DNA from: Octopus sinensis
Lineage: Eukaryota
DNA: 64,000 bases
Assembly: GCF_006345805.1 (NCBI RefSeq)
Contig: NC_043010.1
Span: 60,512,001 to 60,576,000 of the forward strand
Direction of reading: 5' to 3'
In this document: one piece after another, positions 1 through 10,450 of the stretch
Layout: each line of letters starts with the position of its first letter
Numbering within the stretch: the stretch's first letter is position 1
Made by a program: the position numbers and the translations under genes
The notes under the pieces: model-generated
What the model saw: the letters and a program-made list of their open reading frames with translations, nothing else
Told to the model about the DNA's origin: nothing
Database searches by the model: none

Positions 1-686
1 TTCCTAATAATGACCCATACAATCTCGATGTCCACTACCATCCACACAGTAAGAAGGACATCACAATTCTGAGAGCATCTGACAAAGACACTGGAAACAA
101 TGCTTTCCTCACATATGGAATACTGAGATCCAATGATAAAAACCTGTTTACAGTGAACTCACACACTGGTGTGTTATCTTTCTCTCGCACAGTTTACCAA
201 AATGATGCAGGAACATATGAGCTGCAGTTTATAGTGAAAGACGGTGGTACTCCAGTTCAATCAGCAACAACTGCTATAATACTAACACTGTTTGTTAGTA
301 ATGATACATCTCCAATGTTGACTGCTGTGCCATTCCAGTCTGGTCACGACCTGAATATGACTTGGGTAATTATCATTGTAGCAGCAGCTGTAATACTATC
401 TGTGGCTATTGTAGTGTCCATAACACTGTGTGTTTTCAGATGTATTAATCACACAAATAACTCACCCACAACAGCAGAGAATCCCAACTTTCTCTCTCAG
501 ACTGAGATGAGACAATTACTGTATCAGACCAACAATCCTGTTGCAATAACGAGAAATGCAGAAGAGATATTTAACCGAAATCTTCAGACAATAAAATCTA
601 AAAGTCAGTTTTTTCTGGAGATGGAACAGACACCAGATGAATGGAAATTCTCAACAACACAAAGGAGACTTCCACCTGTGCCTCAG
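1..686 (+). CDS. Pcdh: Protocadherin U0, 3' part of large exon (EC6, TM, juxtamembrane tail); 5' end lies outside the window
   Basis: Open frame from position 3 (PNNDPYNLDVHY...RRLPPVPQ), essentially identical to the other copies; donor CAG|GTAAAT at 686/687. Symbol is family-level only. Confidence 0.96.
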
Positions 687-1146
687 GTAAATATTATTTT
701 AAACAATTCTATTGTTTGATAGCATTTTTGTATAACATTCATGAAGACATATTTTAAATATCTAGTTTTATTTACATGTTATGTTCTTTATATTTTCTCA
801 GTGCCCTTTTTGATAGTTTTACATTTTGCAGATGTCTTAAATTTAAAATTTCCAAATATTTTATTAAAGTAGTATCTTTGTTTTGTTTACTCCAAAATAT
901 TTTAATTTGCTTAGTATGTAAATATAATAGATCTAAAATTTTCACATACTTCATTAAATGAGTTTTCCGTTTTGTTTATCACTTCTCCAAGTTCTTTCTA
1001 TTAACTTAGTAGATCTTTAAAATTACATTATTTCTGCACATTTTAACAGCATTCCTTCCTCGAGTCTTACTGGAAACATTCTAGAATATAAATGCGAATG
1101 TTTCTTTGATTTAACATTATGTTTCACTCTGTTTTCTAATCACCAG

Positions 1147-1535
1147 AGATGTGATTCAATCCATAGTCAAGGACGTCGTACCAGTTCCATCATGTCTTAC
1201 AACAGTGACACCTTAACATCCCAAAAGGACAGAGAAGCTAGCAAGAGTAATGGCAAGACTAAACCATATGATGAGATACCTGCAGAACCAGGTAACTTTT
1301 ATCAAAACATAACATATAAATGTAATTGCCTTTATTACTGTAGGACAATATATAATGTTATGCTTAGTGTAATATAAGATCTATGTTTCTATCTTTATAC
1401 ATTGGAGTTGTTATATTGAAATGTAATTTGTGTTTGTATATTTGATATTTTGCAGAATATACCAATGACAATCCAGTGGCAGCCACAATACTAAAGGGAC
1501 AACAAATACAAGATACCTATCTACAGCCAACATAG
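1147..1535 (+). CDS. Pcdh: U0 cytoplasmic exons 2 (1147-1291) and 3 (1456-1535, ends at TAG)
   Basis: Acceptor CACCAG|AGATGT (phase 0, matches exon 1 donor); donor CCAG|GTAAC (phase 1); acceptor TTTTGCAG|AA. Spliced frame RCDSIHSQ...YDEIPAEP-EYTNDNP...TYLQPT* is open. Confidence 0.85.
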
Positions 1536-2798
1536 TAGATGTTCCATGACTATTGTTAAATGATTCTCTCACACACCCAATATTTTACATTGATTTAAAG
1601 CATTAATATGATATTTACCACTCATAAAGCTTTCATTGTCATTGATATTGAGCCCTAATTAACACTAAATAGTACAAATATTGTCCTGTATAACCATCAT
1701 TGGCTTATTTAAAACAGTTGACACCACTCGTTTGTTATGGCTTCATATAACATTAAATGTTACTGCATTTTACTCTACAAAGTATGAAAAATAAAAAAGC
1801 CTGGTCAGGAATTGTCAGATGTTGTTACATAAACAAACAATTATTATAGTTCCACTTATATTAATTAAGCTTCTGATTGTTAATTTTCCCTTTTAGATTT
1901 ATAATTTTCATTTGTATAACAGAAAAACCTCCTGGAGCTAACCAGCAAAATACAATTACACATTATTTAATGTTCCTTTCATGATATAATTTGCCCATAC
2001 GATTCTATAGATTCTTCTAATATCACCAAAAATATTTGAGATAGCTTTACATTATACTACATTGTAACATTTAGTAAGTTAGTTTTGAGAGGGAAACATT
2101 AATATTTTAATAAAAGTAAGAATTAATTTTATTCCTCACCTTTACATTAATATGACTAATAAGCCATGATTCTATTTTGAATAAGAAATATTGCTAAAGG
2201 ATTTTTACATAGGTGAGATATTGAGGTGATAATGGTTAAATATTAAATACATTTCCTCAAAATCACAATGTTCTAACATATTTCTCTTTATTCTTCTATA
2301 CTTTGTATGTCAAAAGCTATGGGTTTGTCACATTCATTTCTTTATAGATAACAAGTAAAATATACAGAACTGTTTAAAAAAAAAATATATTATGACTGAT
2401 TGTAGTTTTGTAGTTACCAATTATAACATTAAATATAAAAAGATATTTCTATTTCAAAAATAATTAAAAGGAATGTAAAGATGAAATGGTTTGATTATTA
2501 AAACTAAATATATAATGTTCTGTGGAAATTATCAGTCTTGTTTATTTTAACACAACTTCTCATATTTGATATGTTTGTGTGACACAGACAACATTGCAGT
2601 AATTTCCTATTGGATGAGAGAGATTTTCTATATTTCTTTCAATATTGAAAGTGAGGCTGATAGCTTTTTTCTTTGTTCATCATACACACAATTGTGTGTG
2701 TGTGTGTGGAGGACATAGAGTTGTAACTAGCACACACCAGCATCTGGCTAACATCTCACCTCCCACTACATACAGCAACTGTCACACTATTATATCAG

Positions 2799-3131
2799 CA
2801 GTTACACAGGAACAGCAGCAGCAGCTGCAGTAACACAGGAACACTACTACAACAGCAGCAGTACCACTATAATACCACTACAGCAGCAGCAGCAGCAGTT
2901 GGAGTGGAACACTACAGCAGGATACACATCATCCATCACACACAACTACAGTGAAGGATTAAACAATGCAGGTAAGTCTCCCCCTCTTTCTCTTTATTAT
3001 CTTTTCATATTCATTATAACATTTATATTATTTGTGTTTCTTAATGAAAGACAGGGTAAGGATAATATCTAAAATGTCTGCCATGTTGTATATATACAGG
3101 GACTGGGACAGTGGAGGATCGAGAGATCTAG
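2799..3131 (+). CDS. U0 putative exons 4 (2799-2971) and 5 (3100-3131); alternative C-terminal tail or spliced 3'UTR
   Basis: Strong donor GCAG|GTAAGT at 2971/2972 and acceptor TATACAG|GG at 3099/3100 in all copies; 5' acceptor (TATATCAG|CAG) and coding status are inferred. Confidence 0.45.
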
Positions 3132-3490
3132 CCATGACTTCCACCATTAACAACATCTGTAGTAGTCATTGTAATACAATTACTTCAAACTGCATTACGT
3201 CTTTTAATATCAAAATCACATAAGATAACATTATAGAAGAGATATGAAACTATATATATTGCTGTGATATCTCTTATATATATTGGCTTAATATAGTCCA
3301 AATTGATATATATATATATATATATATATGCATATATATATGTGGTGTATGTGTGTGTATTATTTAACTGTCAAAACATTGATTATAGCCAATAATACTG
3401 GGTGTTGATAATGTATGTCAATATTGTTTATGTTTTGCCATAATAATTCACTAAAGTTTTAATGACTTCTTACAAATCACTAATATCCTT

Positions 3491-3523
<33 letters not shown>

Positions 3524-5522
3524 CCATTATGTATTCCTTTGTGCATAATAAGGAAAGAATGTTCCTCATAACCATCATCATCCTCATTATCATTACAATG
3601 GATGATAAATATAATCTTGTCTAGCTTTCTTATTCAAAATGTTTTGTGTGAAATATAAACTCATTTTGGGGAGGGTCATTTTTTTTTGTGCCTTATAATG
3701 TAACACACTCACCGGTAAAATTTCCACTTTTTTCTTATTTTTATTTTGTTATCATGATGATCCATAAGAGAGTTTTATTGAAACAATCCTGTTGTTCATC
3801 TGTTCCTCTCGTTTGCAGTTTAAGTGAAGAGATAATGGCTGCAGTCATGTTGTCTATGAGAAGTCTAATTGTAATTGTTCTGGTATCTTCTCTGACTGCC
3901 TCAGTTTCTTTATCTATCCTTTTGTCTACCTCCAATATGTTTACTTCGTCCACCCAGTGTTGTTACCTATCCAGAAGAATAGAGACATGTCTTTTGCCTC
4001 TGAAAAGTTTAACTGAGGCTCACCTTTCTCTCTCCTCTTCTACATATACATCGACTGGCTGCATCTCTACAATCTCTCCAGACCTACCTTTTATTATCTC
4101 AGTCTTCCTGTTGGCAGCCCTGGAGGGATTTGCCTGATAAGAAAAGGAAGAAGATTCCTATTTTGGGCTGGGTTGTTGTTTGAAATTTCTGTTCTGTATT
4201 TAAAAGGAAGTGTGCATTCAATAGAAGACAGTTATGGAGTTTTTCTCCTGTGGTCAGATGTTTCCATCTAATGACTCCGTCACTGTGCATAACATTAATA
4301 TTACAAGTGTTAGTTCTATCTATGCAATGAAAGTTTTATATAATATTGGCAACCATCATAATTTTCACATAGTTCTGTTGGCTGGATACTCTTCCTATGA
4401 TCATCCATTTCACAGTATGTACTAGCTGCATTTTATCATGCCACCATTGCTAAACAGGCTTCTGTCAAGACCAAGCTGCCCCTCTGCCTTCTGTGAGGTT
4501 TTCTCAGAGTTATTTTTCTCCTGGATGGCTTTACTTTGCTACAGCTTTCAGAGTCAACATCTCTTCAGAGTATGGGATTTTTTGAAGTAACTGTTCTCTT
4601 AGATAGATTGCATTTATTGCAGCTTGTAGGGCATATGTCTCCTCTGTGTAGACTTTAACTCAGAATCTATAATACTGCTAGATGTGCTCACAAGGTATCC
4701 AACAAAAATTAATCATAGCTCTCAGTATATTGTAGCAGATAGAGGAGAAAGAGGGTAGAGAAAAGAAACAAGAACATATATAAGGGAGAGAGAGAGAAGA
4801 AAGTGCAAAACTAAGACGGAGAGAGATGTATGGTGGAATATGAGAGAGACAGAGACAGTGATGAAGGAGAATATCATATAAATAGAAGTGATGATACAGA
4901 AATACATATAAGGGGGTTTTGCTTTGTTTCTTATTAGACTGAACTCAAATAAAGGACTCTGGAACCTTGAAATAGTAATTAAAACACTATAGAATCCTTA
5001 AAAAGTCTTTGATGCTCCCTTGTCACTTGGAGCATTTATGTTATTTACAGGCATTATTTATAGGGACATGCCATTTTCGGACATAGAATCTTACAACAAA
5101 AGACCTTGTTCACAACTGAGTCACAGGGGTGTGTTCAATCAAGGTACACATCATTATTTTGATTCTTACTGTTTTGCTTGCTTGTAATATATATATGTGT
5201 GCCTGAAGGTGTTTATATTGGTGTGTGTGCGTGTGTGTGTGTGTGTTGAGGAATGGAGCTTGGCTTCATATTTCTACAGAGAAGTATTACACACACTTCT
5301 ATAAATATAATGATGTGTTTTGCATTACATTTATTCTTTCAACCAGAAATAGAATCATTAACAGTGGTATCAATTAAAATTTTAATATACAGCTACAGTG
5401 TGGATTAAATTCTTATACATCCAAGTTTAATTAAACATTTGTTATGAAGTATCGCAGTGTAACTTGAAGACTCTCAGATGTTTACTCAACATCCTTGGTT
5501 ACTTTAATAGTAAGCCATTGTA

Positions 5523-5725
5523 AGTAGCAAGCAGCCAGAGCCATCAGCACATCAGGTAAAATGCTTTGAGGCATTTCATCCAGCTTCACATTCTGAGGTT
5601 GATTTACCTTTTATCCTTTCAGGGTCAGTCAAATAAATATCAGTTGAGCACTGGGGTCAATGTATGCAAATTAACACTTCCCCCAAAATTGCTAGCCTTG
5701 TGCCATAAATTGAAATCAATATCAA
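5523..5725 (+). mobile_element. Decayed tRNA-derived SINE
   Basis: Aligns by eye with the better copy at 32790-33018 (...ccttttatcctttcagggtc...cactggggtcaatgta...ccttgtgcc). Confidence 0.7.
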
Positions 5726-5856
5726 GCCATTGTCTCTTTCTAAGTACTCTCTGAATAGTAAATTATGAAACTTGTCATGCCAAAATATTCTAAATGCAAT
5801 TCTAAACACAGAAAGGTTGCTGCCTTTTTCCAAAGAAGCGGCATCATCTATATATT
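5726..5856 (+). promoter_or_regulatory. Putative non-coding 5' exon / proximal promoter of U1
   Basis: Near-identical block upstream of U1 and U2 ending in a consensus donor TATT|GTGAGT at 5857; 154-nt intron to the large-exon acceptor. Transcription start unknown. Confidence 0.55.
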
Positions 5857-6048
5857 GTGAGTTAGCTTGTTAGATTAAAAGAAACATTTTGAATTATTTA
5901 GAGCACATGAAAAGACATACAAACAATAATCATTTATATAATGTTTATTATAACTTCGAATGAACTTATTTTATTGTACTTAATGTTTAAATATTTGTTG
6001 TCTTTTCTAGCAATTTCTCCTGCTGAAATGTGATGAAGAATTCCAGAC

Positions 6049-8445
6049 ATGACAGCATATATTGGTCTACTGTGTCTTCTACCTTTACTGATCACCCTTG
6101 TACTGTCCATAGATATTACATACCATGTCAAAGAAGAAGGCAGACCTCACACCTATATAGGAGACATTGCTGTTGACTCCAACTTATCACACCCTCTCAC
6201 ACATCAACAACACACTCTTATTACATTTACACAACTACAAAGGACAGTCGAGAGTGGTTCTCACTTATTTAATGTCACCAACTCAGGAAAACTATACACT
6301 ACTCAAACACTGGATGCTGAGTCTCTGTGTACATACAACAAGGAATGTTCCAGAATAGTTAAAGTCGCAGTGAGGAAAGAAGAAGCATTTATGAAAATTC
6401 TCAAAATAAAAATATTAATAGAAGACATCAATGACCATTCACCAGAATTTCCACAAAATGAAGTTGAAATTGAATTTTCTGAAAGTGATAGTAAAGGAAC
6501 TAGAATCTCTCTTCTGAATGCCATTGATGAAGATATTTCCATAAAAAATTCACAAATTACATATATGATTGAGAAAAGAAAGAGAGAACCCTTTTCTCTC
6601 TCTGTCACAAAACGTGATGGTATTTTTATACCTGAACTAATTCTAGATGACAAATTAGACAGGGAAATAAAAGATTCATATATGTTGACCCTTGAAGCCA
6701 AAGATGGAGGGAACCCACCCAAAACAGCTACACTCAAGGTACATATATTTGTGACAGATGTCAATGATAACATTCCTGTATTTCCTCAGAAACTTTACAA
6801 CATTTCTATCAATAATTCACATCAAAGACATTTACCAATTCTTTCTTTAAAAGCCACAGATCAAGATTCTGGACAAAATGGAAAGGTTTCATATTATTTC
6901 AACCATAAAACATCTCGAAATATCCAGAAATATTTTGTATTAAATAAGAAAACTGGGGATTTATTTTTACATGATAATTTTCAGTTTAGTAAAAAGCAGT
7001 CTTATAAATTATTTATTGAAGCAAGAGATGGAGGCAAGCAACCCAAAAAATCTGTTGCAGCAGTTCAGATTCACGTAGTCAATAACCAAAATAATGCACC
7101 ATTGATAAATATAGATTTTGTATCTCCTTTAACTGAGAGTTCCGCAGCAGTTTCAGAAGCAAGTAAAATTGGTAGTTTTATAGCTTATGTTATGGTCACT
7201 GACACTGATAGTGGACCTAATGGTGAGGTTATCTGTGATTTAAAACATGATAAATTTAAACTTGCCAAAATAGATTCTAAAGAATATAAAATGATTGTTA
7301 AGGGTCATCTTGACAGAGAAATAAGGGACCACTATAAAGTATCTATTATGTGTCATGACATGGGGTCACCTCAACTAGAAAGTAAAAAATATTTCTCTGT
7401 CAAAGTAACTGATGTCAATGATGTAGAACCACATTTTACCAAAGAGACATTCCAATTCCTCACCTATGAAAACCAGAAAGTTGACTTCCCTATTGGCTTC
7501 ATCAATGCTACAGACCCTGATCTTGGAGATGGAGGCCAACTTACATATTCTATCATCAATGATAACAACAATGATAACATTCCTTTCCAACTGACAAAAT
7601 ATGGATTTGTTTCTACATCACAATCAATAGATCGAGAAATGAAAGACATCTATAAGTTCAAGGTTTTAGTGAAAGATAATGGAACACCTTCTCTCAATGA
7701 CACTGCCAATATTGTTATTGAGATTCTAGATAAAAATGATAATGCTCCGTATTTTACGTTTCCTAATAATGACCCTTACAATCTAGATGTCCACTACCAT
7801 CCACACAGTAAGAAGGACATCACTATTCTGAAAGCATCTGACAAAGACACTGGAAACAATGCTTTCCTCACATATGGAATACTGAGATCCAATGATAAAA
7901 ACCTGTTTACAGTGAACTCACACACTGGTGTGTTATCTTTCTCTCGCGCAGTTTACCAAAATGATGCAGGAACATATGAGCTGCAGTTTATAGTGAAAGA
8001 CGGTGGTACTCCAGTTCAATCAGCAACAACTGCTATCATACTAACACTGTTTGTTAGTAATGATACATCTCCAATGTTGACTGCTGTGCCATTCCAGTCT
8101 GGTCACGACCTGAATATGACTTGGGTAATTATCATTGTAGCAGCAGCTGTAATACTATCTGTGGCTATTGTAGTGTCCATAACACTGTGTGTTTTCAGAT
8201 GTATTAATCACACAAATAACTCACCCACAACAGCAGAGAATCCCAACTTTCTCTCTCAGACTGAGATGAGACAATTACTGTATCAGACTAACAATCCTGT
8301 TGCAATAACGAGAAATGCAGAAGAGATATTTAACCGAAATCTTCAGACAATAAAATCTAAAAGTCAGTTTTTTCTGGAGATGGAACAGACACCAGATGAA
8401 TGGAAATTCTCAACAACACAAAGGAGACTTCCACCTGTGCCTCAG
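6049..8445 (+). CDS. Pcdh: Protocadherin U1 large exon (799 aa: signal peptide, EC1-EC6, TM, juxtamembrane tail)
   Basis: Hydrophobic signal peptide; cadherin motifs (DINDHSPEF, LDRE, DVNDNIPVF, ATDQDSG, DKNDNAPYF); EC1 Cys-X5-Cys loop (LCTYNKEC) typical of protocadherins; TM WVIIIVAAAVILSVAIVVSITLCVF; acceptor at 6010/6011, donor at 8445/8446. Confidence 0.97.
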
Positions 8446-8592
8446 GTAAATATATTTGAAGAAATGCAATAATATTTCTACACATTTTAAAAGCATGCCT
8501 TTCTTGTCTTTTATCAGGAACATTCTAGATTACAAATGTTAACATTTCTTGTATTTAACATTATTCCCTCTACTTTGTGTTCTAATCAACAG

Positions 8593-8981
8593 AGATGTGA
8601 TTCAATCCATAGTCAAGAACGTCGCACCAGTTCCATCATGTCTTACAACAGTGACACCTTAACATCCCAAAAGGACAGAGAAGCTAGCAAGAGTAATGGC
8701 AAGACTAAACCATATGATGAGATACCTGCAGAACCAGGTAACTTTTATCAAAACATAACATATAAATGTAATTGCCTTTATTACTGTAGGACAATATATA
8801 ATGTTATGCTTAGTGTAATACAAGATCAATGTTTCTATCTTTATATATTGGAGTTGTTATATTGAAATGTAATTTGTGTGTGTGTATTTGATATTTTACA
8901 GAATATACCAATGACAATCCAGTGGCAGCCACAATACTAAAGGGACAACAAATACAAGATACGTATCTACAGCCAACATAG
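8593..8981 (+). CDS. Pcdh: U1 cytoplasmic exons 2 (8593-8737) and 3 (8902-8981)
   Basis: Same AG/GT sites, phases and lengths (145, 80 nt) as the other copies. Confidence 0.85.
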
Positions 8982-10118
8982 TAGATGTTCCATGACTATT
9001 GTTAAATGATTCTCTCACACACCAAATCTTATACAATACTTTATATTCATATAAAAATATCAACTCTATGTTTCTTTCACACATCACACATAAAGGGCTT
9101 TACAGTGGCATCTATTATGACCCCTAATTTGCAGCACTGATACATGAAACACTACGAACAACCTATTCTGCATTACCAACGTTCATTATTACAAAATAGT
9201 TGTTTTCCTCTCAGTCGTAGTATATACATTTCACTAAACATACACAACTTAATCTGAGTCATTCTCAGAAGTTTAGTTATAGAATTTTAGTTTGATATGA
9301 ATTCTACCATTTAACATTATCATACTCACTTTTACCATTGTTTTATTTTATTTGCATTTCGTCTTTTGTTCATACCATTTTATGTTTTATGTTCAATGTA
9401 TTTTAAATTTTATTCATCAATACCAGCATTAATGGATAAGTGTTGATTCCCACAACATTCAATAAAGTGTTGTCACCTATATTGTTAATATACTAAACTT
9501 ACCGACATATTTATATAGTTTTTTTAAGTATTAAGATTTAAATGTTATATATTTTATGAAATATGACATAAAACATATCAGAATATCATGTGTCTTTTTA
9601 AAATGGAAATAGTTTTGCTTCTCCTAATTTACTTTGTTTATAGTTTGACTAATCATGTAAACTTCTTAAATAATTATGTTTGATGACTTACCATGAAATC
9701 AATTTGTTTCTAATAGAAATCTCGAATATGTATTCTTATAGTCAAGTTAATAATAACCCATCAAATATTAAGAAATATAAGTATATATAAATCTTATTTC
9801 CGAACATTAAATATATAATGTAGTGTTTTTATTAAATAGAAGAAGTAATGCTGCTTGTGTCATTAATATGACTTCTGTTGTTTGATGTGTTTGTGTGACA
9901 CAGACATCATTGCAGTAATTTCCTATTGGATGAGAGAGATTTTCTATATTTCTTTCAATATTGAAAGTGAGGCTGATAGCTTTTTTCTTTGTTCATCATA
10001 CACACAATTGTGTGTGTGTGTGTGTGTGGAGGACATAGAGTTGTAACTAGCACACACCAGCATCTGGCTAACATCTCACCTCCCACTACATACAGCAACT
10101 GTCACACTATTATATCAG

Positions 10119-10450
10119 CAGTTACACAGGAACAGCAGCAGCAGCTGCAGTAACACAGGAACACTACTACAACAGCAGCAGTACCACTATAATACCACTA
10201 CAGCAGCAGCAGCAGCAGTTGGAGTGGAACACTACAGCAGGATACACATCATCCATCACACACAACTACAGTGAAGGATTAAACAATGCAGGTAAGTCTC
10301 TCTCTCTTTCTCTTTATTATCTTTTCATATTCATTATAACATTTATATTATTTGTGTTTCTAATGAAAGACAGGGAAAGGATAATATCTAAAATGTCTGC
10401 CATGTTGTATATATACAGGGACTGGGACAGTGGAGGATCGAGAGATCTAG
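10119..10450 (+). CDS. U1 putative exons 4 (10119-10291) and 5 (10419-10450)
   Basis: GCAG|GTAAGT donor and ATACAG|GG acceptor; coding status inferred. Confidence 0.45.

Noticed and set aside
1533-1538. Tandem TAG TAG recoded to Trp-Trp by A-to-I editing
   Set aside because: Read-through would add only a few codons before TAA, U2 has TAG TAA, and there is no sequence evidence for an editing substrate.
1376-1620. Recurrent minus-strand ORFs across exon 3 (…MLAVDRYLVFVVPLVLWLPLDCHWYIL)
   Set aside because: Antisense of exon 3 and its homogenised flanks; start points and lengths are inconsistent between copies.
3032-3223. ORF containing RDWDSGGSRDLA, superficially like protocadherin DSG motifs
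   Set aside because: It begins in intron 4, cannot be reached in phase from the open frame of exon 4, and frameshifts between copies shortly after; not excluded absolutely without cDNA.
6167-7649. Recurrent alternative-frame and antisense ORFs inside each Pcdh exon (MLLTPTY..., MERNVII..., MSFISRS...)
   Set aside because: Shadows of the duplicated Pcdh CDS; they recur only because the exon is near-identical between copies.
8446-8472. Different C-terminal peptides of the long ORFs (VNIFEEMQ, VKFFH, VNIILGNRCF... up to 848 aa)
   Set aside because: They are read-through past the conserved CAG|GTAAA donor into unrelated intron sequence; the phase-matched exon 2 explains the real continuation.
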